Below, one piece after another: positions 35,925-60,059 of a DNA stretch of 64,000 nucleotides. Made by a program: the position numbers and the translations under genes. Each line of letters begins with the position of its first letter. Within the stretch, counting starts at the first letter, position 1. The stretch is taken from positions 3,596,001 through 3,660,000 of the forward strand of contig CATNEN010000012.1 of assembly GCA_950097015.1 (NCBI GenBank), read 5' to 3'. The DNA comes from Macrostomum hystrix (Eukaryota; Animalia; Platyhelminthes). Below the pieces are notes generated by a model, which saw nothing but the letters and a program-made list of their open reading frames with translations, made no database searches and was not told where the DNA came from.

Positions 35925-37430
35925 TTCTCACTGACTCACTCATTCACTCACAACCTTTCTCACTCATTCACTCACAACCTTTCTCACTGACTCACTCATT
36001 CACTCACAACCTTTCTCACTCATTCACTCACAACCTTTCTCACTGACTCACTCATTCACTCACAACCTTTCTCACTGACTCACTCATTCACTCACAAACT
36101 TTCTCACTCATTCACTCACAAACTTTCTCACTGACTCACTCATTCACTCACAACCTTTCTCACTGACTCACTCATTCACTCACAAACTTTCTCACTCATT
36201 CACTCACAAACTTTCTCACTGACTCACTCATTCACTCACAACCTTTCTCACTGACTCACTCATTCACTCACAAACTTTCTCACTCATTCACTCAAAAACT
36301 TTCTCACTCATTCACTCACAAACTTTCTCACTGACTCACTCATTCACTCACAAACTTTCTCACTCATTCACTCACAACCTTTCTCGCTCATTCACTCACA
36401 AACTTTCTCACTGACTCACTCATTCACTCACACTTTTTCACTGACTCACTCATTCACTCACAACCTTTCTCACTCATTCACTCACAACCTTTCTCACTCA
36501 TTCACTCACAAACTTTCTCACTGACTCACTCATTCACTCACAAACTTTCTCACTCATTCACTCACAAACTTTCTCACTGACTCACTCATTCACTCACAAA
36601 CTTTCTCACTCATTCACTCACAACCTTTCTCACTCATTCACTCACAACCTTTCTCACTCATTCACTCACAACCTTTCTCACTGACTCACTCATTCACTCG
36701 CAAACTTTCTCACTCATTCACTCACACTTTTTCACTGACTCACTCATTCACTCACAACCTTTCTCACTCATTCACTCACAACCTTTCTCACTCATTCACT
36801 CACAAACTTTCTCACTGACTCACTCATTCACTCACAAACTTTCTCACTCATTCACTCACAAACTTTCTCACTGACTCACTCATTCACTCACAAACTTTCT
36901 CACTCATTCACTCACAACCTTTCTCACTCATTCACTCACAACCTTTCTCACTCATTCACTCACAACCTTTCTCACTGACTCACTCATTCACTCGCAAACT
37001 TTCTCACTCATTCACTCACAAACTTTCTCACTGACTCACTCATTCACTCACAACCTTTCTCACTGACTCACTCATTCACTCACAAACTTTCTCACTGACT
37101 CACTCATTCACTCACAAACTTTCTCACTGACTCATTCACTCACAAACTTTCTCACTGACTCACTCATTCACTCACAAACTTTCTCACTGACTCACTCATT
37201 CACTCACAACCTTTCTCACTGACTCACTCATTCACTCACAAACTTTCTCACTGACTCACTCATTCACTCACAAACTTTCTCACTGACTCATTCACTCACA
37301 AACTTTCTCACTGACTCACTCATTCACTCACAAACTTTCTCACTGACTCACTCATTCACTCACAAACTTTCTCACTGACTCACTCATTCACTCACAAACT
37401 TTCTCACTCATTTTCTCACACTTCACTCAC
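35925..37430. repeat. 24/32-bp minisatellite (ctttctcact[gactcact]cattcactcacaaa)
   Basis: Short and long units interspersed; the long unit contains TGACTCA. Confidence 0.96.
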
Positions 37431-37837
37431 TCACACAAGATTTTTCTTCGGGCTTAGTGATGCAAACCGATTTGTTTTCTACATACATCTGACTACTGCA
37501 TTCAGTAGCTTATTGTGATTTGCATGTAAATTTTTTGTTGGCCTGTTTTTTGTAAATATTGAACAAAAGCTGTAGAATTTACTTACTAGAAATAATCAAT
37601 AGTTTTGGGAACTTTTTCGCTCTTGAGTGTTGGGCAAATTGAAACTTGACTGATTAATTGATCGGGTGGTTCATTAGTTTAGTGAGTTCCAAAACTCAAC
37701 TGCTGAGAAGCCCAACCGTCTGCTGCTCAGCCTGAAATGAACAATAAATTAATAAACGGGGAGCCGGATAAGAAGTTGGAAGCACTTTAGTCCGAGCTTT
37801 GTTGCGTGCTCAGATTTTGAAAAGTCTGTATTTTACC

Positions 37838-38635
37838 CCCTATGCCTCTCTTTAGCCTCTATGCCTCTCTTTACCCTCTATGCCTCTCTTTACCCTCTAT
37901 GCCTCTCCACCCTCTATGCCTCTCTTTACCCTCTATGCCTCTCTTTACCCTCTATGCCTCTCTTTACCCTCTATGCCTCTCTTTACTCTCTATGCCTCTC
38001 TTTACCCTCTATGCCTCTCTTTACCCTCTATGCCTCTCTTTACCCTCTATGCCTCTCCACCCTCTATGCCTCTCTTTACCCTCTATGCCTCTCTTTACCC
38101 TCTATGCCTCTCTTTACCCTCTATGCCTCTCTTTACCCTCTATGCCTCTCCACCCTCTATGCCTCTCTTTACCCTCTATGCCTCTCTTTACCCTCTATGC
38201 CTCTCTTTACCCTCTATGCCTCTCTTTACTCTCTATGCCTCTCTTTACCCTCTATGCCTCTCTTTACCCTCTATGCCTCTCTTTACCCTCTATGCCTCTC
38301 TTTACCCTCTATGCCTCTCTTTACCCTCTATGCCTCTCTTTACCCTCTATGCCTCTCTTTACCCTCTATGCCTCTCTTTACCCTCTATGCCTCTCTTTAC
38401 CCTCTATGCCTCTCTTTACTCTCTATGCCTCTCTTTACCCTCTATGCCTCTCTTTACCCTCTATGCCTCTCTTTACCCTCTATGCCTCTCTTTACTCTCG
38501 ATGCCTCTCTTTACCTTCTATGCCTCTCTTTACCCTCTATGCCTCTCTTTACTCTCTATGCCTCTCTTTACTCTCTATGCCTCTCTTTACCCTCTATGCC
38601 TCTCTTTACCCTCTATGCCTCTCTCTACCCCCTGT
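37838..38635. repeat. 19-bp minisatellite (ctatgcctctctttaccct)
   Basis: About 42 units. Confidence 0.96.
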
Positions 38636-39559
38636 CTCTCGTCTACTTGCCATTGTCATTTTCATTAGAAATGCAAATATTAGTTTTCAGCAGTTTTGCC
38701 TTCAATAATTAGTCTGGGTAGGGGCCAAAAGTCCTTGTCTGCCAAAAACTTTTTTCGGCTCCAAGATTTATTGACAGCTTAAAAATAAATGTACAAGTTT
38801 AGAGTTAATTTACTTTAAAATCAGGTGGATTCGCGCCCAACTCCTGTCAGGTCCTACAATTCGCATTTATCCCTTCCCCACTAGCCCACAGATCTGGCCA
38901 CTACCCCCCTAAAATCCCTTATCCCGCTATCACACAGACAGATCGAATCCCGGTCGATTTGTCTGATTGCATCCGCCCCTGCAAGCTCACCCGCCGGACT
39001 CGAGCAGTTTGAGTATAAGTTTTCCCTCTCCTGCTGTCTCTCGCTGAAGTGATTCAAAGAAATTGTTTTGCATGGTCGCCAACTAAAAGTTCGCTCTTGG
39101 CTTGGGCGGTGCCGGCAGTGGGCTCAGCAACAGGAATTGGAATTAGTTGATTGGCTAATGAATTGGCGTAGCCTATGGCGACAGATTCAGCGACACCAGG
39201 AGCCAATTATTGCACTGAAGTGGCCATTAGCAACTCGAGATAAGCAAATTCCCTGATCCCCTGTTCTAGTTATACCATTTGGCCAGCTATAATTAGCTCC
39301 TGAGACTGCACCTCATCAAGTGACAACCCCACGGGGACTGATCAGTTTAAGTTGATTCCACTCTCCCTATATCTGACAGGATTGCTAATTTGGCTGCGGT
39401 TTAGAAATCTGATCATCGTTTGAACGAAGTAGGCTGCATTCACTGCCTCTGCGCTTCACAAGTTTGAGTTCTCTTTCTTTTAAATTGCCTTTTAATTTAA
39501 ATTGCTTCACTTATATTGCCTCGCATTTTCTCCATTTCTTAATCTTCTCCTCTTCTCAT

Positions 39560-40310
39560 CTTGTCAATATTCTCCTCTTCTCATCTTGTCAATATTCTCC
39601 TCTTCTCAAACTTCTCCCCCTTCTCACACTTCTCCCTCTTCTCACACTTCTCCCCTTCTCACACTTCTCCCTCTTCTCACACTTCTCCCTCTTCTCACAC
39701 TTCTCCCTCTTCTCACACTTCTCCCTCTTCTCACACTTCTCCCTCTTCTCACACTTCTCCCTCTTCTCACACTTCTCCCTCTTCTCACACTTCTCCCTCT
39801 TCTCACACTTCTCCCTCTTCTCACACTTCTCCCTCTTCTCACACTTCTCCCTCTTCTCACACTTCTCCCTCTTCTCACACTTCTCCCTCTTCTCACACTT
39901 CTCCCCTTCTCACACTTCTCCCTCTTCTCACACTTCTCCCTCTTCTCACACTTCTCCCTCTTCTCACACTTCTCCCTCTTCTCACACTTCTCCCTCTTCT
40001 CACACTTCTCCCTCTTCTCACACTTCTCCCTCTTCTCACACTTCTCCCCTTCTCACACTTCTCCCTCTTCTCACACTTCTCCCTCTTCTCACACTTCTCC
40101 CCTTCTCACACTTCTCCCCTTCTCACACTTCTCCCTCTTCTCACACTTCTCCCCTTCTCACACTTCTCCCTCTTCTCACACTTCTCCCTCTTCTCATACT
40201 TCTCACTCTTCTCACACTTCTCTCCCTTCTCACCATTCTCCCTCTTCTCAAACTTCTCCCGTTCTCAGACTTCTCCCCTTCTCATTTTTGTCTCCCTTCT
40301 CACACATCCA
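39560..40310. repeat. 18-bp minisatellite (ctccctcttctcacactt)
   Basis: Period 18, with 17-bp variants. Confidence 0.95.
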
Positions 40311-41059
40311 CCCCATTTTCTTACCGTTCTCACCCTCATTCTCATCATTTTCTCCTAAATCTGAACTGTGCCCACTCTATCCTAGTTAACGGTGTCTAAT
40401 TACTTTCCTAATATTTACTTGGAACTTCTCAAGCTCTTGCCACTCAAAAGGTCGCCTTGATCACCTGTTTATAACCACAAAATCATTCATCCTTCACTCC
40501 AAACTATTTTTAGCGACTATTAAGCCCGACGAAGAATAATCTAAGCGAAGCAGCTTCCGTGCAGACAGCTCATGAAGCTCCTAGCAGATGAAGCACGGAT
40601 TTCCCGAATGGAGGATCAGAATCCTCCTTCGTCCTGATTGGCATTCATTCAGAAAAAGTGTTGCGGTGGAAAAAAACAGTTTTAATCGTATCTAAATCGG
40701 TTTGTTGAATAGTTTGGATTTCAGTTTAACAGAGTGGGTCAATGATTTTCGCAAAGTGTGGTCGGCAGTTAAAGTAATCATCTTCACTGAAGGTTCGACT
40801 GAATCACCGCTTTGCATAACGAAGTTTTCGCACCAACCAATTCTGCTGGAGCCAATTTGTGAGCAAATCATTTTAAGCTAATCCAGAGCGACTCAACACT
40901 GGTGCTGGCAGATCAGATAGGCTGCAATCAGACTGGCTGACCTGATGTCATGAGGGCTGCCCAGCGCCTGAGCTCCCCCTATAGACATCCGGCTGGAGAT
41001 AGCACAGTCAAATTTAGCCTGGGAAAGATAATTATTTGTTCGGGAGTCTCCGTGATTGC

Positions 41060-41340
41060 GAGTTAGACAGAGATTGAGAAAGATTCGTGGGAGATTGGAG
41101 AGAGATTCGATGAAGATTTAAGAGAGATTTAAGAGGCATTAGTTGAAGATTTCAAAGTTTTAAGAGAGATATTAGGGACATTCGAGGGAGATTTGAGAGA
41201 GATTATTCGAAGATTTCAGAGAGATTCGAGGGAGATTCGAGAGAGATTCGAGGGAGATTTGAGAGGGATTCAAAAGAGATTGAAGGGACATTTGAGAGAT
41301 ATTAGATGAAGATTCGAGGGAGATTTGAGGAAGATTTAAA
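41060..41340. repeat. Degenerate purine-rich repeat (gagagatt(c/t)gaggga)
   Basis: Irregular units just upstream of the peptide gene. Confidence 0.75.
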
Positions 41341-41567
41341 ATGCGTAGAGGCTGCATAAAATTTGAATCATTTTAGACTTACTCGAGTCTGGCCAATGAG
41401 AGGAGACCGCAATCCATAATTCGGTGACTACTAAAAGGGTTGCCCCGGCCGAAACCCGAGTCTCCTCTCTGCTTCACAAAGTTGAGCACTGAACTCAAGT
41501 CCAAGACGAAAGGATCTGCTCACTAACGCATACTCAGATTTCTAAAGCAGAAGTTCGCTCGGCCAGC

Positions 41568-41873
41568 ATGCGCCTTCTCGTAATGACCGGCTCGCTACTG
41601 CTGGCACTGGCCAGCCTCGGGACCGGAGGGGCAGCACCTCTGCCGCAGCCGCGGGAGCTGGAGCAGCAGCAACGGCAGCAGCAGCGGCAGCAGCAGCAGC
41701 AGCAGCTACTAGAGCGGCTGCTGTGCGCTACGGAGGCCGGGCCCTGCCGTTGGAGTATTCAACCTGCGGGCGGGTCAGCCGATGCTGCCGAGGAAGAATT
41801 CAACAATGACGCAAGCGGCGCGTTCCGTCGTGGCAAGAAGCAGCCGCCAAGGAAGCCGCCAGGAATCTGGTGA
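41568..41873 (+). CDS. Putative secreted neuropeptide precursor (101 aa)
   Basis: GC-rich ORF; signal-peptide-like MRLLVMTGSLLLALASLGTGGA; polyQ spacer; one Cys pair; acidic spacer; FRR-G-KK amidation/cleavage site; AATAAA at 42001. Confidence 0.65.
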   Translation: MRLLVMTGSLLLALASLGTGGAAPLPQPRELEQQQRQQQRQQQQQQLLERLLCATEAGPCRWSIQPAGGSADAAEEEFNNDASGAFRRGKKQPPRKPPGIW

Positions 41874-42269
41874 ACAGCTGGAAGGTTCCCGAGCCTGCTG
41901 ACACCGCTGACAGTGATCCCCTTATTTTCAGCTGAGACCCAGCCATTGGCCAGCGTGCGCCCGCATTAGTTTCTGCCGCGTTGCAAAGCCAAGGCCCGTA
42001 AATAAAGCACTGAACCTGAGAGTCAACAAGATTTCGTTTGTCTCCCGCAGTTCGTCCATTGACTCGCGTTGCTTCGGCAAATGTCGCTCGGCGATATTGT
42101 TTTGCTGGTCATCACTTATTTTTTGTCTTCTTTCAAGTTTAATTTAAATAATTGCACTAAAAAACCTTCAATGCTACTTAAAGTAGTTCTAATTAGTAGT
42201 ATGTCACGAAGCGCACAAATGAAAGTACGATCTCAGTTTGTGTGTGAAAGACACATATGACTATGAGAT

Positions 42270-42920
42270 TAAGATTGATAGCGATGAAAAACTAAGATTC
42301 ATGAAGATTTAGAATTCGAGATTGATGAAGAATGATCGGGTGAAAAACTGAGATTAATGGAGACTGATGGGGGTGAGAAACTGAGATTGATGGAGATTGA
42401 TCGGGGTGAGAAACTGAGATTGATGGAGATTGATGGGGGTTAGAAACTGAGATTGATAAGATATGAGAAGCTGAGATTGATGAAGATGAGAAGCTGAGAT
42501 TGATGGAGATGAGAAGCTGAGATTGATGGAGATGAGAAGCTGAGATTAATAAGAGATGAGAAGCTGAGATTGATGAAGATGAGAAGCTGAGATTGATGAA
42601 GATGAGAAGCTGAGATTGATGGAGATGAGAAGCTGAGATTAATAAGAGATGAGAAGCTGAGATTGATGAAGATGAGAAGCTGAGATTGATGAAGATGAGA
42701 CGCTGAGATTGATGAAGGTGAGAAGCTGAGATTGATGAAGATGAGAAGCTGAGATTGATGGAGATGAGAAGCTGAGATTGATGGAGATGAGAAGCTGAGA
42801 TTGATGGAGATGAGAAGCTGAGATTGATGGAGATGAGAAGCTGAGATTGATGGAGATGAGAAGCTGAGATTGATGGAGAGAGAAGCTGAGATTGATGAAG
42901 ATGAGAAGCTGAGGTTGATG
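42270..42920. repeat. 23-bp minisatellite (gagattgatg(a/g)agatgagaagct)
   Basis: Period 23 (42781 to 42804); degenerate left edge. Confidence 0.93.
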
Positions 42921-43354
42921 TAAATTAGTCAGTAGTCTGGCAAATTCAACTCCGATTTATCCATGAGTTTTGTCCGAAGTCAAGCCGGACTCTAAATGGT
43001 ACAGTTTAATTGAAGAGATAACAAATGATACATGAGTTACTTTAGCATAGCAAAAGGTGTCCAGGGCATATCAGGTAGTTACAAGAGAAATCAGGTGTGC
43101 CATCAGGCATGCAATATTGATCTGTGATCTGTGAAGTTACGCAATCAATTGTGATCCGTGTGCGGCTTTGCGCGCAATCAAAGTAGAGCAGCGATGAGAA
43201 TTTCTTACAGTTTAATTTCTGTCCCTAGAATTAGTCAAATGTAAAATGGTATTGCTCCAGAACAGAAACAGCTACTAAAAACATTTAGGAGATTGAAGAT
43301 GGGGCAGTGCTAGACAGCTTAGGCTAGATGTAAGAAGGACCAAGCAGGTGGTTT

Positions 43355-43740
43355 AAGGGTAGGAGACAGGGGCAGAAGGGTAGGAGACAGGGGCAGAAAG
43401 GTAGGAGACAGGGGCAGAAAGGTAGGAGACAGGGGCAGAAGGGTAGTTGACAGGGGCAGAAGGGTAGGAGACAGGGGCAGAAGGGTAGGAGACAGGGGCA
43501 GAAAGGTAGTTGACAGGGGCAGAAGGGTAGGAGACAGGGGCAGAAGGGTAGGAGACAGGGGCAGAAGGGTAGGAGACAGGGGCAGAAGGGTAGGAGACAG
43601 GGCAGAAACGTAGGAGACAGGGGCAGAAAGGTAGGAGACAGGGGCAGAAAGGTAGGGGACAGGGGCAGAAGGGTAGGGGACAGGGGCAGAAGGGTAGGAG
43701 ACAGGGGCAGAAGGGTAGGAGACAGGGGTGGAAGGGTTGA
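43355..43740. repeat. 21-bp G-rich minisatellite (gggtaggagacaggggcagaa)
   Basis: About 18 units. Confidence 0.94.
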
Positions 43741-44519
43741 AAGTACAGAGTGATAGTGGGTCAGAGAAGAATGACGAAATGATTCAGGAAACTTTGAGTG
43801 AGGTTTGAGTGTTCAAATTGCAACACGGAGCACTGCATAGTAACAAAAAGTGCATAAAATAGCACAATAATTGCACACTGACTAAATATAGAATTCCTGC
43901 AACAGTTAACTTAAGAGGGTCCATGAACAAATTTGGTGTAAAAAATAATCCTATATTAGGTAGTATAAGAGGCACTCATGCTAATAAGATGAAAATCGAG
44001 ATTTCTGTTGCTCATTGTAGATGATTTAAAAAATTACGCAAAGTAGATAAACAAATCTGGAAATACAAAGATCAAGAGTAGCAGATAAACAGCTGACATC
44101 TAAACTGATGAGAAAAACAAATTAACAAATTCAACTTTCCACGCGCAAGTTAACAAATTAGGTTGCGAAAAGTTTTTGGTGTAAATGTTCCGACCACAGG
44201 TTTTTGGTTGCTGTGGCCAGTTATTATTTAAACTTTCATAATACCGTCTACTTTTATGAATTTTCTCTTGAGTGCTCAGATCATTGAGTACACCTGTATT
44301 TATGACGTGTTTTAAAATGTTAAAAAAGCGCAAAACACAAAGGCTAAACAAAGACTCGTCGACAAAGACACGGCTCACAAAGTGGTCAGAGGTCAGACAC
44401 AACGCAGGCTAAAAATCAATGCAACAAAGACGACAACAAAGACTTTAAACACAGTTTTTTCAGTTAAAAGAATATAGATAGCGGGTGGGAATGACGGATG
44501 AGGGCTGGCTGCTTCACCG

Positions 44520-56008
<11,489 letters not shown>

Positions 56009-56279
56009 CTGTTTGACTGTTACAAAAAAAAGAGAATAAAAGGAAGCGAAATTGAATTCTCTTTTGCTTAAATTAGTTTCGTTGGGCAATGCAATTATTT
56101 GGCCATTGGCAAGAGCCACACTCACTTGTTGCCGAATAGATGGGACGCGCACACCGCTGATCGAGGCAATTCGGACAGTTGAATAAGATTCAATAATGTT
56201 CTCTTGTCCTCCTTCCCCAAGTGTTTTCAATTTAATACGGTAACCGGCCGACACCCACCTCCCACCCACGAAAATTCCA

Positions 56280-56410
56280 ACACACACCCTCCCCAATCGA
56301 CGGGTCGCCTTGTCAGCAAATTTCCGAATGCCCACACTGGCGCCAACCCCACCCTACCCTGCCAGTGAGCGGGACCAATACGGGCTACGGTCTTCTCTGA
56401 TTGGCTGGGA
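56280..56410 (-). promoter_or_regulatory. Candidate ovo proximal promoter
   Basis: Three CCAAT/ATTGG motifs and GC/GT boxes about 150-280 bp upstream of the putative 5'UTR donor at 56125; motif matches only. Confidence 0.3.
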
Positions 56411-56834
56411 GGCTTTGTCAATGTATTTGCAGAGCCCTGGCATTGAAAATTGTCACTTAGATTCCGTTTGAGATAAAAAACTTCTTTATTACGGTTTATG
56501 GTTATTTTTTATAGAAAACATGCAAACAGCTGACCGTGATTTATCGATTATATCTGAAGTCACCCATTGTCTTGGTGTCTCATTCTCAGATAAATTCTAA
56601 TTATAACAAGTAGACATGAAGTATTGAATCAAAGTTACACCATTTTCTAACGCTTGGGTACAGTACCACAGTTGCATAGTGGCACAAAAGTTGAACTAAC
56701 TGTCAATTGAAATACATAATTTGCTTTCCTTGTTGCAAAATTTGTTTTTTTAGATTTTTATTTGTTCGATGTATATAAAACCTAATTTTACAGAACTTTT
56801 AATTCTGAGCCTAGAATTATCAATGATGATCCCA

Positions 56835-57895
56835 CAATTCCTTTTTTTGATCCCACAATTCCCTATTCTGATCCCAGAATTCCCTATTTTGATCCCCGAA
56901 TTCCCTATTTTGATCTGAGAATTCCCTATTTTGATCTGAGAATTCCCTATTTTGATCTGAGAATTCCCTATTTTGATCTGAGAATTCCCTATTTTGATCT
57001 GAGAATTCCCTATTTTGATCTGAGAATTCCCTATTTTGATCTGAGAATTCCCTATTTTGATCCGAGAATTCCCTATTTTGATCTGAGAATTCCCTATTTT
57101 GATCTGAGAATTCCCTATTTTGATCTGAGAATTCCCTATTTTGATCTGAGAATTCCCTATTTTGATCCCAGAATTCCCTATTTTGATCCCCGAATTCCCT
57201 ATTTTGATCTGAGAATTCCCTATTTTGATCTGAGAATTCCCTATTTTGATCCCAGAATTCCCTATTTTGATCCCCGAATTCCCTATTTTGATCTGAGAAT
57301 TCCCTATTTTGATCCCAGAATTCCCTATTTTGATCCCAGAATTCCCTATTTTGATCCCAGAATTCCCTATTTTGATCCCAGAATTCCCTATTTTGATCTG
57401 AGAATTCCCTATTTTGATCCCAGAATTCCCTATTTTGATCCCAGAATTCCCTATTTTGATCCCAGAATTCCCTATTTTGATCCCAGAATTCCCTATTTTG
57501 ATCCCCGAATTCCCTATTTTGATCTGAGAATTCCCTATTTTGATCTGAGAATTCCCTATTTTGATCCCAGAATTCCCTATTTTGATCCCAGAATTCCCTA
57601 TTTTGATCTGAGAATTCCCTATTTTGATCCCAGAATTCCCTATTTTGATCTGAGAATTCCCTATTTTGATCCCAGAATTCCCTATTTTGATCCCAGAATT
57701 CCCTATTTTGATCCCAGAATTCCCTATTTTGATCTGAGAATTCCCTATTTTGATCTGAGAATTCCCTATTTTGATCCCCGAATTCCCTATTTTGATCCCA
57801 GAATTCCCTATTTTGATCCCAGAATTCCCTATTCTGATCCGAGAATTCCCTATTTTGATCCCAGAATTCCCTATTTTGATCCCAGAATTTCCCAC
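56835..57895. repeat. 21-bp minisatellite (gaattccctattttgatc(cca/tga))
   Basis: About 50 units. Confidence 0.96.
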
Positions 57896-58123
57896 TGTAA
57901 TTCTAGAATTTCTAATTCCAACAGCTCCCACAAGCATACCATTAACCTGGCAGTCAGCTTTCCATTGACAATCTTGACTCAAGCTATGCAGCTTTAGGTT
58001 TTTCTGCGTACGGGAGTCATACAGTCATACAGTCTTGCCGCACGCACCTGCAGGCTTCAAGCAGGCAAACTGTCATATTAAACAAAAACAAAGCTATGGA
58101 AACGGTAGGTACGGTACGCCTCC

Positions 58124-58234
58124 TTAGCAGGTCCCCCGCGTGTTCAGCGGACCGAGAAAGTCCGCGCCACCATTGCATATTGGAGACAGCAGCAGCAGCA
58201 GCAGCAGCAGCAGCAAGAAGTTAAGAATGCGCAT
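58124..58234 (-). CDS. Possible 36-aa secreted micropeptide (or a plus-strand polyQ exon)
   Basis: MRILNFLLLLLLLLLLSPICNG-GADFLGPLNTRGTC-stop; the Leu run comes from a (CTG)9 repeat. Confidence 0.25.
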   Translation of the reverse strand: MRILNFLLLLLLLLLLSPICNGGADFLGPLNTRGTC

Positions 58235-58989
58235 TGGATGGCAAGACAATTAAAGGCTTGAATATGAAGGTAAACTATAGCTTCATCGTGCATCTCTTAA
58301 AAAGCGTGTTGCCCTTATGAGAAGCACGCATAGAAGAATCACTATATTCACGGCTTTGCTTGCTTGACCCTGGCAGGGGGTCGCTCGCTTCTCTTCTTCA
58401 AGTGGCGGTTGGGGGGACCCGCCATAGTGAAAACAATGACAATCACGACACGGACAGGTCTGTGTATAAAAAATAACTTTGCCCCTGCATGGTTGCTCCG
58501 CACAGTTTGACAGGGCCCGCATCGCAACTCATGCTGCACTTCACTTTCCATTTTTTTCAATTCGCTTTTTCATTTTCTTGTGGGAACTTTGAAATTTGAT
58601 GAATATATATAGACAAGATGCATACAGGTGGATACAGACACTTATTTACACCTTGTCAATGAAAGCAGCAGAATTCGAAGCTATTGATATAATTTTTGGA
58701 TGCGGGTTGGATATAAGGCCGGGAAATTTCTACTTATTTTGATGCGGAATTATTGGCTGAATTAGCTTCATCACCCATGTACAATGGATGGAGCACATGC
58801 AATTTCTTGAAATATCCGGGCATACCCCCTGCAGTTTTGGGAATTGGGCTGTAATATCCCTGTTTGTCACGCTAGACGATATAGAGCTAAAGACACGAGG
58901 AATCAAGATAGGTTATTTTGAAAATAAGTGCTTTAAGGTGTGTGATAAAGGCTGAGACTAGAGATAGACGTAGGGGGGAGAATTGATGG

Positions 58990-59215
58990 GTGGGGTACAC
59001 TAGATGGAGGGTGAGATAGATAGACGGAGGGTGAGATAGACGGAGGGTGAGATAGACGGAGGGTGAGATAGACGGAGGGTGAGATAGACGGAGGGTGAGA
59101 TAGACGGAGGGTGAGATAGACGGAGGGTGAGATAGACGGAGGGTGAGATAGACGGAGGGTGAGATAGACGGAGGGTGAGATAGACGGAGGGTGAGATAGA
59201 CGGAGGGTGAAAGAG
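58990..59215. repeat. 16-bp minisatellite (gacggagggtgagata)
   Basis: About 13 perfect units. Confidence 0.95.
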
Positions 59216-60059
59216 TGAGGGAAATGAAAGTTAAGGGAGTGAGCACTGGGGAGGAGACCTGAGACCGGTGAGTCCACCTCACAGGTGGGACCCATAGGCG
59301 CCCGCAGGTCGATAGCTAGCTGTTATTCATGCTAGAATGAGTAGGCAAAATTCAACTAAACATTTTAAAGCAGCAACAAAGAAGCAGCTCAGCATTTTGC
59401 GCATTGCTTTAGAGAATAGGCAGGAATCCCGCTTCTCAAAGCTATAGCTCGCTGCTGCCGAGAAATGGCATTGTCTAGCCGCTGCAGAGTCCGGGCCATC
59501 GGTCTCAGGGCCACCTCTGATCCCCGTGGCCTCCATCCACTCAGCCCAACACCTCAAGCTCAGGAAGAAATCAACCAGCTGTGACCGGCCAACTGAGACT
59601 TCAACAGTTCCAAGTCTGTATAATGGCCTCCCTAACTAATCAATCCTTTAAAATGCGGGAATGACAGAAAGGAATTATAGAACAGCAGAGAGTTGGAAAG
59701 AAAAGATGGTATTAGTGCAGAAGCAGCTGCAACAGTTCCATATCGACCCAGCAATAGACTAGATGCATTGTCATGTTACTACTCTGCCTCACACTTGAAG
59801 TGGGCTTCGGTTTGGGAAAATGGGAGCATTGTTTAAGAGGAGTGAGAAGACATCAGAGTGGCACTACTCAAGTCTATAACTGTTCCCAGAACCTCTATTC
59901 AATCGTGCCACATTATCGACCTTCGATGGCTGGCTTAACATTGAAACTGAAACCAAGTAGACAGGTTAACACCTGTCTATCTCCGCATTTTCTGATTTGC
60001 GCGAGACTGCAGATGTGGCTGCTAATTTTCTGTTCTGAAGCGTCTCTGATTTGACACTT

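Noticed and set aside
38940-38960. B-box-like GATCGAATCCC
   Set aside because: No A box or cloverleaf; not a tRNA.
43355-43740. cag|GGGCAGAAGG|gtagga in each unit would complete the upstream peptide as GIW-G-RR if spliced
   Set aside because: No polypyrimidine tract, a 10-nt exon, and it lies past the AATAAA; likely coincidence, testable by 3'RACE.
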